In this document: positions 24,252 through 37,310 of the stretch, piece after piece
Position numbering within the stretch: the stretch's first letter is position 1
Layout: every line of letters starts with the position of its first letter
Origin: Hemiscyllium ocellatum
Lineage: Eukaryota
Direction: 5' to 3'
Length of the DNA stretch: 64,000 nt
Assembly (NCBI RefSeq): GCF_020745735.1
Contig: NC_083424.1
Span: 2,466,999 to 2,530,998 of the forward strand
Notes under the pieces: generated by a model
The model's input: the letters and a program-made list of their open reading frames with translations, nothing else
What the model was told of the DNA's origin: nothing
The model's database searches: none
Position numbers and translations under genes: made by a program

Positions 24252-24587
24252 AATGACTTTTCATTGATTATATCATATGACCCAGGAATTGAAGGACAGA
24301 AACTTTACAAATGGATCCTCCTTGGAATGGCATCTCAACAATGGCATAAGGAACAGTGAGAAATTACAGTACTGAGCCTCGGGGCTGTGCTCAATGTGCC
24401 GAACTGACTAACTGCCACCTGTGAAGTTGACTGTGAATCAGATCAAAACATTTTGCATTAGAATTATTTTATACACACACATTAACTGTTAAAAGCAAAA
24501 TGTTGCAGATACTGTTCATTCATTAACAGTTTGATCATTTGTTCTGACTCTGGTTTACAATTTGCACCATGTAAATATGTTATGCTT

Positions 24588-24593
24588 AATAAA
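24588..24593 (+). terminator. Candidate polyadenylation signal of GIN2
   Basis: AATAAA about 340 nt after the stop, followed by GT/T-rich sequence. Confidence 0.55.
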
Positions 24594-26947
24594 GTTCACT
24601 GTAAAGTTGTGTTGTATCAATTTTAAAAATATTTCAGTAAATTTACAGAATTACATATTCAAACTAAAATAGTCCACTACTGTCTTCTGACCTTAAATTT
24701 GAACGTGCTGAATCCATATCAACTACTAGAAATCCTCTTACCTTTAGATGGACTGCTTCCAAATTAGACAAAGATGCTAGACAGAATGAGAATAAGAGAC
24801 ATGAGCAACAGGAAAAACTATGTGTTCCCCACAGAAAAGAGTATTGCTGCTGAAGTTGGATATTGTAGCAGAGCTAATGTCAAACATTCAAACTGGCTGT
24901 AGGGAAGCAAAGTCCTCAATATTGCTCTAACCTTGGAAAGAGATTCTATTGCACAAGGGCTGTTTTTTGTCACTTATATAAATTATTTGGATGTGAATAC
25001 ACGAGATATGGTCAGTAAGCCTGCAGATAACAACAAAATTGGAAGTGCAGTGGACAGTGAAAAGACACTGCTGAATTCCTCCCCTGATTTCTTTAGTACT
25101 ACTGGAATGTTAAAAGTATCTTCCACTGTAAAGCTTGATACAAACAACTCTCCTAACCTGGTTTGCCATAACTCCCATATAGCAATCTGATTGACAGTGA
25201 GGGGTAAAAGATTCTAAGAATAATTGAGGAAGGAATTTGGGAAATTCCTTTTCACTCTGGCTCAGTACAAAAGGAAACCATTCAGCCCATTGTACTTGTG
25301 CTAATTCTTTGAAAGAGCAATTCAATTACACTCACCCTCTGCTCATTCATACAGTTGTGAATTTTTGAAAAATCTGTTTAATTATTTGTTCAACTTCCTT
25401 TTAAGTCCCCAATGAGTCTACTTCCACTGTCCATTCAGGTAATGCATTTCCAGTTCACAACTCATTGTGTAAAAACATTTTCATGTTCCCATGGTCAAAA
25501 GAGGTTCCAAGGTATTTGGCCAAATACAATCAAAGACTAACTTGTTTCTTATTCAGCTAGTGGAGGGTGAATTGCTGACCAGGATTTCAAATTGGTATCA
25601 GCCATCTCCATCTGGCAGGGAGAACAAAGAGAAACCAATAGCTATAATGACAGGAGTCATTAATTCTTGATGTACCAGTGGCAGAAGTATGCAGGACATT
25701 TTAATTAGCTTCATCAGATCCTGTGTGTCAGATTATGTTCTGTATTCTTACCCCCTTGCTGAATCTTGAAATGTGTTGGAGAGAATGGGAAAGGAAAATG
25801 GTGAATGAAATGGTACAGTATGATAAAAATGTTAATTTTTTTTGCTTTAATTTTAAATAGTGGATTGACGACACAAAAGGACCACTTCAATCTAATATAA
25901 TAAATTACTCAACTATAAAAGAAAACATGTTTGATCCAAGAGAGACCGGTGTAAGCTGAAGTGGTGTCTGTGTCATTCCAGTGGTAGCCCTGTGATTACA
26001 GCAAATAAACAGATATGGGTGTTTGCTTGGTATATTGATACAACTAGCATGTTGGGCACTCAACCATTCACAGGTCCATATAATGCTGATTGGATTGGTG
26101 TCTGGAGTGCTACTTCATTAATGAGAAACTTTAAATCTTAGTGTGAGCTCAAATCTTTATTTTAAAATAAGACACTCGAGCGCTCACAAATTCAAAAGAT
26201 AATAGAATCATAGATAATTTAATAGAAGACTACTTAATCCAGCCTCACCTATGCAAGTGCTGGCTTCTCTATATAACATAACAGCACAGACCCCTCAGCC
26301 CTTGATGTTGTGCTGACCTTTTATCTTTCTCTAAGATCACACTAGCCTAATACCCTTCATTGTACAATCTTCCATGCGCCTATCCAAGAGTTGCTTGAAT
26401 GTCCTGAATGTATGACTCTACTACCACTGCATTCCACGCACCCACCGCTGTGTAAAGAACCTACCTCTGACATCTCCCTATAAACTCCCTCCAATCACCT
26501 TAAAATTATGTCCCTCCATGATACACATTTCCGTCCTGAGAAAACATCTCTGGGGGGCTATCCTGTCTATCCATGCTTCATCATCTTGTATACCTCTTAA
26601 GTCATCACTCATCCTTCTTCACTCCAATGAGAAAAGTCCTAACTCCCTCAATCTTTCTTCACAAGACCTGCCCTCCAATCCAGGCAGCATCTTGGATATT
26701 TCCTCTGCACCCTCTCTAAAGCTTCTACATCCTTCCAAAATGAGGTGATCAGAACCAAATACAATATTACAAGCTTGGTCTAACCAGGGCTCTATAGAGC
26801 TGCAGCATAACCTTATGGCTCTGAAACGCAATCCCCTGCTAATGAAAGCCAACACATCATATACCTTCTTGACAATCCTATCAACTTGGGTGATAACTGA
26901 GGGATCTATGGACATGGGCCCCAAGATCCTTCTGTTCCTCCACACTG

Positions 26948-27135
26948 GAGGAGAAAGTGAGGTCTGCAGATGCTGGAGATCAGAGCTGAAAATGTGTTGC
27001 TGGAAAAGCGCAGCAGGTCAGGCAGCATCCAAGGAACAGGAATTCTGATGAAGGGCTTATGCCAGAAACGTCGAATTTCCTGTTCCTTGGATGCTGCCTG
27101 ACCTGCTGCGCTTTTCCAGCAACACATTTTCAGTG
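26948..27135. mobile_element. Palindromic Penelope-tail insertion with hammerhead core (27045-27072)
   Basis: ctgatga-a-gggc-ttat-gcca-gaaa-cgtc at the apex of ~60-bp inverted arms; 16-bp TSD ctgttcctccacactg at 26932-26947 and 27136-27151. Confidence 0.85.
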
Positions 27136-28539
27136 CTGTTCCTCCACACTGCCAAGAATCCTGCCTTTAACCCTGTATTCGGCATTCAAATTCGACCTCC
27201 CAAAGAGAATCACTTCCCCAGTTGAACTCCATCTGCCACTTATCAGCCCAGTTCTGCATCCAGTCAGTATCCCATTGCATTCTACAACAGCCTTCCACAC
27301 CATCTACCACTCCACCAACCTTCGTGTAATCAGCAAACTTACTAACCCACCCTTCCACTTCTTCATCCAAGTCATTTATAAAAGTTTACAAAGAGCAGAG
27401 GTCCCAGAACAGATCACTGCGTAACACCACTGGTCGCTGAGCTCTAGGCTGAATACTTTCAATTTACTACCACTCTGTTCTATGGGCCAGCCAATTTTGT
27501 ATCCAGAAAGCCAAATTTCTCTGTATCCCATGCCTCCTTATGTTCTGAATGAGTCTACTATGGGGAACATTATCAAACACCTTGCTAAAATCCCTGTCCG
27601 CCACATCCACTTCTCTACTTCCAATGTGTTTCGTCACATCCTCAAAAAATTCAATAAGGTTTGAGAGACATATCCCTCTCAAAGCCGTACAGACTATCTC
27701 TAATCAAAACTACGGCTTTTCAAGTGATCATCAATCCTATCTCTCAGGATCCACTCCAATACTTTACCCACCGTAGACGTGAGATTGATTGGTCTGTTAA
27801 ACAAGGGAATAACATTTGCCAGTCTCCAATCATCTGGTACTAATCCAGTGAACAGTGAGGATGCAAAGGTCATTGCCAAAGGCACAGCAGTCTCTTCTGT
27901 CACTTCCTATAGCAACCCAAGGTATATCCCATCTGGCCCAGGGGATTTATCTATTCTTATGATTTTCAAACTTTTCACCACATCCTTCTTAACATCAACC
28001 TTTTCAAGCATATCAGCCTGTTTCACATTATCCTCAGAAAATCAAAGTACCTCTCAGTAGTGAATACTGAAGCAAAGTATTCAATAAGGACCTCTCCTAC
28101 CTCCTCTAATTCCAGGCAAATTCCCTCCATTATCCCTGATCAGCCCTGCCCTCACTCTGGCTATCCTCTTGTTCCTCAAGTGTGGAATGCCTTAGGGTTT
28201 TCCTTAATCCTACCTGCTAAAACTTTTTCATGCCTCCTTCTCACCCTCCTAAGTCCATTCTTCAGTTCCTTCATGGCTACCTTGTAACCCTCTAAAGCCC
28301 TATCTGATCCTTGCCTCCTCAACCTTAAGTAACATCCCTTGTCGCCAAAGGTTCCTTCAATCTACCATTCCTTCCTTGCCTCAGTAGGACAAACCTATCC
28401 AGCACTATCAGCAAGTGCTTCCTAAACAACCTCCACCTTTGTCACATTTACCGGAGAACATTTTTTCCCAATTTAGGTGACCCAGTTCCTGCCTAAAAAT
28501 ATTCTAATTCCTCTTCCCTTAATTAGATACTTTTCCATG

Positions 28540-28853
28540 ATTAGATTAGATTAGATTACTTACAGTGTGGAAACAGGCCCTTCGGCCCAACAAGTCCACA
28601 CTGACCCGCCGAAGCGCAACCCACCCATACCCCTACATTTACCCCTTACCTAACACTACGGGCAATTTAGCATGGCCAATTCACCTGACCCGCACATCTT
28701 TGGACTGTGGGAGGAAACCGGAGCACCCGGAGGAAACCCACGCAGACACGGGGAGAACGTGCAAACTCCACACAGTCAGTCGCCTGAGGTGGGAATTGAA
28801 CCCAGGTCCCTGGCGCTGTGAGGCAGCAGTGCTAACCACTGTACCACCGTGCC
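28540..28853 (-). mobile_element. HE1 V-SINE
   Basis: Reverse complement of the 722-1026 family; (attag)n tail. Confidence 0.9.
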
Positions 28854-29069
28854 TTCCATACCATCTGCTCCTATATCTCTCCAGGAGTACAGTAAACGTC
28901 AAGGTGTAGTGATCAGCATCACCGAAATGCTCTCCCAAGAGACGAGACACCTGGCCTGGTTCATTGCCAAGCACCAAATCCAATGACCTCTCCTCTAGTC
29001 AGCCTTTCTACATACTGAATCAGGAACCCTTCCTGAACACACTTTTCGTCATATTAGAATATTATATAT

Positions 29070-30016
29070 AGGATGTGAGCATAAGAGGTATACTTAGTAA
29101 GTTTGCAGATGACACCAAAATTGGAGGTGTAGTGGACAGCGAAGAAGATTACCTCAGATTACAACAGGATCTGGATCAGATGGGCCAATGAGCTGAGAAG
29201 TGGCAGATGGAGTTTAATTTAGATAAATGCGAGGTGTTCCATTTTGGGAAAGCAAATCTTAGCAGGACTTATACAATTAATGGCAAGGTCATACGGAATG
29301 TTGCTGAACAAAGAGACCTTGGCGTGCAGGTTCATAGCACTTTGAAAGTGGATTTGCAGGTAGATAGGATAGTGAAGGTGGTGTTAGGTATGCTTTCCTT
29401 TATTGGCCAGAGTATTGAGTACAGGAGTTGGGAGGTCATGTTGCGGCTGTGCAGGACATTGGTTAGGCCATCGTTGGAATATTGTGTGCAATTCTGGTCT
29501 CCTCCCTATCAGAAAGATGTTGTGAAACTTGAAAGTGTTCAGGAAATATTTCCAAGGATGTTGCTAGGGTTGGAGGATTTGAGCTGCAGGGAAGAGGTTG
29601 AATAGACTGGGGCTGTTTTCTCTGGAGCATCAGAGTCTGAGAGGGTGACCTTATAGAGGTTTATAAAATCATGAGGGACATGGATAGGGTAAATAGACAG
29701 TCTTTTCCCTGGGGTGAGGGGAGTCCAGAACTAGAGGACATAGGTTTAGTGTGAGAGGGGCAAGATAATAAAAGAGACCTAAGGGGCAACTTTTTCACAC
29801 AGAGGATGGTACGTGTATGGAATGAGCTGCTAGTGGAAGTGGTAGAGGCTGGTACAGTTGCGACATTTAAAAGGCATCTGGATGGGTATATGAATAGGAA
29901 GGGTTTGGAGGGATATGGGCCAGGTGTTGGCAGGTGGGACTAGATTGGGACGGAATATCTGGTCAGCATGGACGAGTTGGACCGATGGGTCTGTTTCCGT
30001 GCTGTACATCTCTATG
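29070..30016 (+). mobile_element. CR1/HER1-type LINE 3' portion nested in the minus-strand CR1
   Basis: SKFADDTKIGG...MEFNLDKCEVFHFG...LEYCVQFWSP and complete 3' UTR. Confidence 0.9.
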
Positions 30017-30699
30017 ACCTGACAAAAACTGCTCCACCTATACTGACTATGGACAAATCCTCCTCAATGACCTCCCTTTCTGCAGCTGTTATACTATCCC
30101 GAATTAGCAATGTCACTCCTCCACCTCTTTTTCCTTCCCCCACTATTCCTTTCGAAACATCTAAATCCTGGAACATCCAACAACCACCATTCCTGTCCCT
30201 GTGATATCCAAGTCTCCACAATGGCCATACCATCATAGTTCCAAGTCCTGATCCATGCTCTAAGTTCATCACCCTTATTTCTGATACTTCATGCATCAAA
30301 ATTGGCACATTTCAATCCATCACACTGACTTTACCCTATCAAGTGCCAATCCCTCCTCACAGGCTCTCTTCATGCTATATCTGGCTATTCACTACCAACT
30401 CCATCTGATCCATTGCTCCAGTTCCTGCCCCCCTGCCAATCTACTTCAAACCCTCCCAAAGAGCTCTAGCAAACCTCCCACCCAGGATAGGAATGACCCT
30501 CCAATTCAAGTACAGCCCATCCTTCATGTAGAGGTCCAAATACCACATGGTATCTTGAGCAAAGCCTTCTTCTGTCCAGTCCTTGTATCTATTTACATGT
30601 TTCCTGTTCAAATGGGTTTGTCCAAATCTCCTTAAATAGAGTTGTTGTATGATCCCCATGGAGTCTATAATTCATAGAGTTTAGAACTTCCAGTTTGGA

Positions 30700-30990
30700 T
30701 TCGATTCCCTACAGTGTGGAAACAGGCCTTTCGGCCCAACCAGTCCACACCGACCCTCCAAACAGTAACCCTTCCAGATACATTTCCCTCTTACTAATGC
30801 ACCTATGGGCAATTTAACATGGCCAATTCACCTGACTTGCACATCTTTGGACTGTGGGAGGAAACCAGAGCACCCAGATGAAACCCACACAGACACAGGG
30901 AGAATGTGCAAACAGACAGTCGCCTGAGGCTGGAACCAATTCTGGAACACTGGTGCTTCACAGCACCAGTGCTAACCACTGAGCCACCAT
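30700..30990 (-). mobile_element. HE1 V-SINE
   Basis: cacatctttggactgtgggaggaaacc V-domain; gtgctaaccactg head. Confidence 0.85.
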
Positions 30991-31412
30991 CCAGTTGCAG
31001 GACTGGAAACTGAAAGAATGACACAGCAAGTTTCACATTTTTAAACACTTACTGAAACAAGTGATTAGAAACACAATTGACCAAATATTATTTATGTTTG
31101 TCAGCACTATATACTTTAAATCACAAAATGGAACATTCCCCAATTTATACTCATCAGCCATCATACACTCGATGGAAATGCAGTCCTTTTAGCTGACAGT
31201 CCATCTTTATTCCTATCTTACAATAGATTTGTGACCTTGGTACATGGAGAAGTAACATCAAGTGACTGTTCTCAGGTGATATCTGTAGTTTTTGGAGAAT
31301 TCTTTAAATCCAACATCAGCAGTAAAACCTATCGTGGTGCTTCTTCTTCCCCAGTCATGCCAAACAAAACATCTGAAATCCACAGAATGTCAAAAGATGT
31401 GTGTATTTGTCT

Positions 31413-31614
31413 GGAGTTAAAAATCACAACACCAGGTTATAATCCAACAGACTTATTTGGAAATACTAGCTTTCAGAGTGCAACTTCATCAGGTAACTAG
31501 AAGAAGCAGCGCTCCGAAAGCTAGTATTTCCAAATAAGCCTGTTGGACCATAACCTGGCGTTGTGAGATTTTTAACTTTGTCCACCCCAGTCCAACACCA
31601 GCACCTCCACATCA
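31413..31614. mobile_element. Palindromic short insertion, second Penelope-like tail family with hammerhead-like apex
   Basis: Inverted arms tcacaac.ccaggttat..tccaacag.cttatttggaaatactagctttc; 9-bp TSD tatttgtct at 31404-31412 and 31615-31623; related copy at ~35200-35400. Confidence 0.7.
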
Positions 31615-32644
31615 TATTTGTCTAAAGACAGTCTTCCATCCTTAACATTAGTAGAAGCTTGCAAATTCAAGTCACCCTTTTCTCTCCATGGAGACCTGCT
31701 GCCTTCTATCTGGAATATTCAGTGAGTTGCAAAGAAGCACGTAATCTGAACTCAAATTGACTTTCTCAGTTCTGTTCCCCAGTAACATAACACACATTAA
31801 ACTTGTAACTAGGTAGAAATGCTTCCCATTTTATCCTTGATTCAACTCAGAACAGCTGACAGCAGTGCTTTTATAATCCAGTACCCCCAACATCTTTGTG
31901 AGATGTTGGGATACTCAGGGCAGAGTGCTTTTGATTGAGAATCAACCCCACCCCACCCTCAATAAAATGAAATCAATTAATATTGGACTAAAGGTCAATA
32001 ATATTTCCCATCAATAACTAAAATACCAGTGGAGGCGAGAGGAATAGGGATTGGGTGTGTACCCTCCCTATTGAATTAATTACCCATTGTGCCTCCTATC
32101 TTGCCTCTTCGGAGACTAGAACATTCCACCCATGGTGCTTACACAGGACAACCCAGAAATTGCCACTTGTAGAAGTGAAGATGCTTTACCAAGAATGTGT
32201 AAAGTAATCTGAATATTCCTTTGATCTCTAACAATCAAACCAACCAAGCTTACTGTCAGGAAGACCGACAAGAACTTGCCGTTTTCTTTTACTTCTCCAC
32301 TCTTGAAGGGCGAGAGAGAAAGTCACCAAGAGATTTAGGTGCTTTTTCCGTCACAGGCTGAATGTTTTTGCTGTGTTGTCCAAATACAAAGCTATAACCA
32401 CTCCTTGAAGAACTAATCAAGAAATTGTTACTATGCAGAGCACTCCTGATCCTGATTTTAAATAAACCATCAAAAGACAGTCACAGTGAGTTGAGATGTC
32501 TAACAGGCTGTCTCACCTCAAAAGTAAGGCAGCATTCTGGATTCAACTCTCAATGAGTTCCAGTAAATTTTTAATAACTAACATCTTCTACACAGTTCCT
32601 TGGTTTAAAGTATCCCAAAAAATATAAGTTAACTACTTAAAATC

Positions 32645-32978
32645 TTCCACCTAGGAACCCTCCAACCACAAGGGATGAACTCAGACTTCTCCAGTTTCCT
32701 CATTTCCCCTCACCCCACCTTGTCTCAGTCCCAACCCTCGAACTCAGCACCACCTTCCTAACTTGCAATCTTCTTCCTGACCTCTCTGGCCCATCACCCT
32801 CACCTTAACCTCCTTCCACCTATCGCATTTCCAATGCCCCTCCTCCCTACCTTTTATCTCAGCCCACTTGGCACACTTTCCTCATTCCTAAAGAAGGGCT
32901 TATGCCTGAAACGTCGATTCTCCTGCTCCTTGGATGCTGCCTGACCTGCTGCACTTTTGCAGCAACACATTTTCAGCA
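32645..32978 (+). mobile_element. Penelope-like 3' fragment (same family as 8026-9705)
   Basis: LGTLQPQGMN tail; decayed hammerhead at 32888-32915; 10-bp TSD acttaaaatc. Confidence 0.85.
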
Positions 32979-33739
32979 ACTTAAAATCAAAGTTGTTCTG
33001 GTGCAGAGGGGGGCCATTTGGCCCATTGTGTATGTCTGGCTCTCTAAATGACCATTTCATTCAGTATGCATTACTGCACCTGAGGTCTAATTAGTGCCTT
33101 GTACAAGTTCCGCATCACCTTAACAACTTTGTCAACCTAGCCTGTCACCTTTAACAATGTATGCACATAACCACTCACGTCTCTGCTCTTGCACGTCCTT
33201 TAGAGTAATATCCTTTATTTTACACTATCTTTGCATATCTTCACATAAAAATACATAGCATCAACATCCTTGGGACTACTATTGACCAGACACACCACAT
33301 AAACACAATGGCTATAAGAGCAGGTCAGAGACTGGGTATCTTGCAGAGAGTAACTCCCCTCCTGACTCCCTAAAGCCTGTCCACCATCTACACCGCACAA
33401 GTCAGGAGGGTGATGGAATACTCCCTAATTGCCTGGATGGGGGGCAGCTCCAACAACACTCAAAAAACTCAAACAACATCCACATCCACAAGCATCTCAT
33501 CCCTCCCCACCAACGCTCAGTAACAGCAGTGTGTACTATCTACAAGATACACTGCAGAAACTCACCAAAGATCCTCAGACAGCACCTTCCAAACCCACGG
33601 CCACTCCCATCTAGAAGGACAAGGGCAGCTGTCTCATGGGAATGCCATCCCCGCAAGTTCAAAAGACAGGTGAATAAATAATTCCTTCACATGAAAACAC
33701 AATTGAGACAAAATAAACAATAAGTTTAAAATTTTCTCC

Positions 33740-34300
33740 TGAATCAACGTCGCTTCTCTTGAGCCCACGCGCTGAAACCTACCTGTTTTCCCGCCTAACA
33801 CTGCGCAAGCGCTCTCCTGGTGAAACCGCGCTACTCCTCTAACTCTACACAAAAATCCTTCCACTGATCACGTGTCAAATAGATCCAGATTGATAAATAA
33901 TAATTAAATCAAAATATTTATACTTGGTACTATAGGTATGTGCGAAGGAAATACATTAAGACATATATTATTGCTACAAATGTGAATTGAAGGACCAACT
34001 GTGAGATCTGTGCGGAAGGATTGCGGTGATGCGGCAGTAGCGCGTGCCTGTGTTGGGAAGTTCAGGGGGAAGGCGGTTAGTCGCCGCGTGGGGCGGCTCC
34101 GGGAGGGGGGAAGGATCGTCACTGTTGCCGCCGTCGTCAGTTCACGGTGAGAGCGATGAACGGTCGTCATGTTTAATGATAACTTCGCCAGGATGTTGGC
34201 AAAGACACCTGCGCGGGAAGGGATTCTTGGTTGTTATAGGTTGCGAGCTTAAGGTCTGGATGTATGGAATTGTTGCGGCCTCAGACGCCCCTCGAGTTTC
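33740..34300 (+). promoter_or_regulatory. PIWIL1: PIWIL1 CpG-island promoter and probable non-coding exon 1 (donor after 34146)
   Basis: CpG-rich block about 700 bp upstream of the ATG; CG|GTGAGA donor at 34147; E2F-, NRF1-, E-box- and MYB-type motifs. Confidence 0.7.
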
Positions 34301-34858
34301 CCTCCAAAGAAGTCTTATGTTTACCTCTCCTTCTATAACTGGTCTTTTTTGGCTCCCTTCCCCCAAACAAGTTGACCTTTTGATTCTTCCATAATTCCCA
34401 AAACTTTTCAAGGTATTCCTTTGCTTTCTTCCCTCTTCACTTTCCCAGATGGTCCTCTGCCCTCTCTCTCTCTCTCTCCCCCTCCCCCTTCATCCCCTAA
34501 CCCTCTTGCCTGCCTCCCCCATACCCCTGAGCTGGACCTCATTTATATTCCTCCTCTTCCTCTCTCCATTCTTTGCCCACCTGCCCAACTTCCAAAACTG
34601 GCCCCATCTGAAAAGCAGCCTTCCTCACCTTCTCCCAACAGTGTTAGCTGATCTTTTTGCTGGAGAGTAAATGTGAGAACTTGACATCTTGCTGTGCCAT
34701 GGATGCTAACCAGCAAATGACTTTCAAGAAATTTGTCTGATCTCTAACTATGTCTCTTGAGATCTTTAACACCTTAATGCTGACGTGGGGATTTTGAGTT
34801 TACATTACTTTTCCCTCCCCAGACAGGAAAAAATCTGTAGGACATTGAATTGACAAAA

Positions 34859-34939
34859 ATGAGTGGAAGAGCACGTTCTCGGGCCCGAGGGCGGGCTCGT
34901 GTCCCTGAAGCAAGCGCCCAGCCTGTTGCTCCAAGGCTA
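34859..34939 (+). CDS. PIWIL1: PIWIL1 first coding exon (acceptor ~34823)
   Basis: MSGRARSRARGRARVPE..., the hallmark PIWIL1 RA/RG N-terminus; donor GTAAGT, phase 0. Confidence 0.92.
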
Positions 34940-36549
34940 GTAAGTAAATTTGCTTACACATGTATTTTAAACTTTGCCTCGTAATTCTATAGTTCATATC
35001 AAATGTGTTTTGCAAAACCATTCATTGGAGGCTGTCATTTGTTACCAGGAAAACTGATCTTTGAGGAAAAGTTTTGAAATTCTTCAGACTTGGTTTCAGG
35101 CTTGGATTTTGCAGTCATTAGCAGTATCAGAACTTAGCATTAATGTAGAAGAAAGCTGCCCACAAAAAGCCAATGACTTGGGGATGAGGACATCTTTCTC
35201 CTGATGTGGAGATGCTGGTGTTGGACTGGGGTGGACAAAGTCAGAAATCAATATGACACCAGGTCCTAGTCCAACAGGTTTATTTAAAACCTCAAGCTTT
35301 TGGTTTGCTCTATTGTCAGTTATGACAAAGGAGCAGCGCTCTGAAAACTTCATTTCAAATAAACCTGTTGGACTATGACCTGGTGTCGTGTGGCTTCTAA
35401 TTTCGTTCTCATAGGATCTCTGGATTCCAACAATAGTATGCCTTTATGTAGGCCCAAATAGCTAAGCACGTTTAAAAAATTCTCCTTGCAAACAAGGAAG
35501 TAAAAAGTGTCAATTGTCCTTGTTTATATGACTCTTCATTAAATGTTTTAAAGGCATAAACACTACTACTGTGGAGGTCAAAAAGGTGATTCAGCAAATG
35601 ACAGTAAATCATTTAAAAACTCATTTGCACCTTATTCAACAAACTGTAACCTTAAGTTTTTAAGTGAGACTAATGATGTTTTAAAAAAATTGTTTTATCA
35701 TAAAACAGGTTCCATCAGTTAATTTTGGTAAGAAGATTATCCCTGTTTCACTGCTTAGTTTTACAACTTAAATGATTTGTCTTTTTTTAAATGTGTGATG
35801 AAAGCTTATTTTTATTTCTCCTAGAGTTGTGCTTTATCTTTCTAATTTTCTTTTGTCCTCCTTTGTTCTGGTGAATGAATGTGGCTTGATGTGTTCCAGT
35901 TTTTGTTTGGTCCATTACACTAATTTGAAAACATGTTTCTCCCCCATCCTCTAATTCCGATCCTTCGTATGTGCTTATTTTGTCATACACCCTTCTGTTT
36001 CTCAACACCCAGTCTTGTAGCTGGGATACCAGAAAGTCAAAATTGATTCTAACTTTTTTTGAGTCATTGATAGACAGTTGTGATCAAAATTAATGGACCT
36101 GAAGCATTAGCTCACTTTTTCTCCACTGATGCTGCCTGGCTTGTTGAATATTAAATCTATTTCAGATTTCCAGGGTCCGCAGTATTTTTCTTTTGCCATC
36201 TTAGTGTTTTTGCCTGGAATTGCCAGACTGTTTTATTTGCAGTACGGTGGTTCTAACAGTTCTTGCAAATTTTACTGTATTATAAGGCTTTGTAATCCAT
36301 GGAATAAAACCCAGTGTAGTCCCCTTAAGTAATGGAATAAGTTCCCTATCTGATTTTAATGAAATTGCAGCTTCAACACAATGTGTTGTCAAAAGCAAAC
36401 CACTGTGCGAGATGTAATTCTGAATTAAAACCAAAAAGTGCTGGAGAAACTCTGGTCTGGCAGAATCTGTGAAGTGAGAAACTATTTCAAATCCTGTTTG
36501 ACCCCCCCCCGTTTGGCATTGAAGTATAAGTACTTGAGTTCTGCAAGAG

Positions 36550-37310
36550 CAAATTAATGCAGATGCTGGAATTAGCACTGAAAACAAGAAATGCTGGAAA
36601 ACTTAGCAGCTTAGGCAGCATCTGTGGAGAGAGTGAGGAAACTAATGTTTCAAGTCTAGATAACTGCTGACATGAAGTGTGGAGGGGGTAGCATTTATGC
36701 AATAGAGGGTGGAAGTGCTAGGGGCAAAAGGATGTTGATGCTGCAGATTAAGTGATAGGAATGAGAACAATAGAACAATGGTGTGTCTAACTGCCAAATT
36801 GGAAGGACAGATAGTGAGGGGATGGGAGAGAGAGGATATGGTGACAGAATCCAACAAGTAAAGCTAAAAGAAAGGAAAAGAATAGAGAGTTCACAATCTG
36901 AAGGTGTTGAAGTCCATATTAAGTCCAGAAGGTTGTAAAGTGCCTAGTCTGAAGGTATGATGTTCTTCCAGTTCTTGATGTGATTCGCTGGAGCATTGTA
37001 AAACTGCTGAGGGCAGACATTGTGCACGTGACAAGAATGCTGTGTTAAAATGACTGGCTACAGGGAAGTTGGGGGTCATGCACATGACTCACAGGTGTTC
37101 TGTAAAGCAGCCACCCAGTCTGCATTTGGTTTCTCCAATGTAGAGTAGACCACATTGGGTGCAGCAAATGCAATAGACCAGACTGGAGGAGGTACAAATG
37201 AAATGCTGCTTCACCTGGAAAGACTGTTTTGGCCCTTTAGATGGTGAGCAGGAAAGAGGTGAATGGCCTGGTGTTGCACTTTCTGTGGTTATATGGGAAG
37301 GTGGGGTTGT
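36550..37310 (-). mobile_element. Second Penelope-like family, GIY-YIG end plus tail
   Basis: PVASHFN...LEEHHTFRLGTLQPSGLN. Confidence 0.8.

Larger units (their letters stand above)
26270..29042 (-). mobile_element. Long decayed CR1/HER1-type LINE (continues at ~30017-30545)
   Basis: RT segments VPDDWRLANVIPLF, CLSNLIEFFEDVT, DFSKVFDNVPH, SKFADYTKVGG; interrupted by a Penelope palindrome, an HE1 SINE and a plus-strand CR1. Confidence 0.85.

Noticed and set aside
25000-33700. Additional host gene between GIN2 and PIWIL1 (for example ABCB9 exons)
   Set aside because: No recognisable exon peptides; ORFs there are LINE, SINE or Penelope derived. Very small exons could have been missed.
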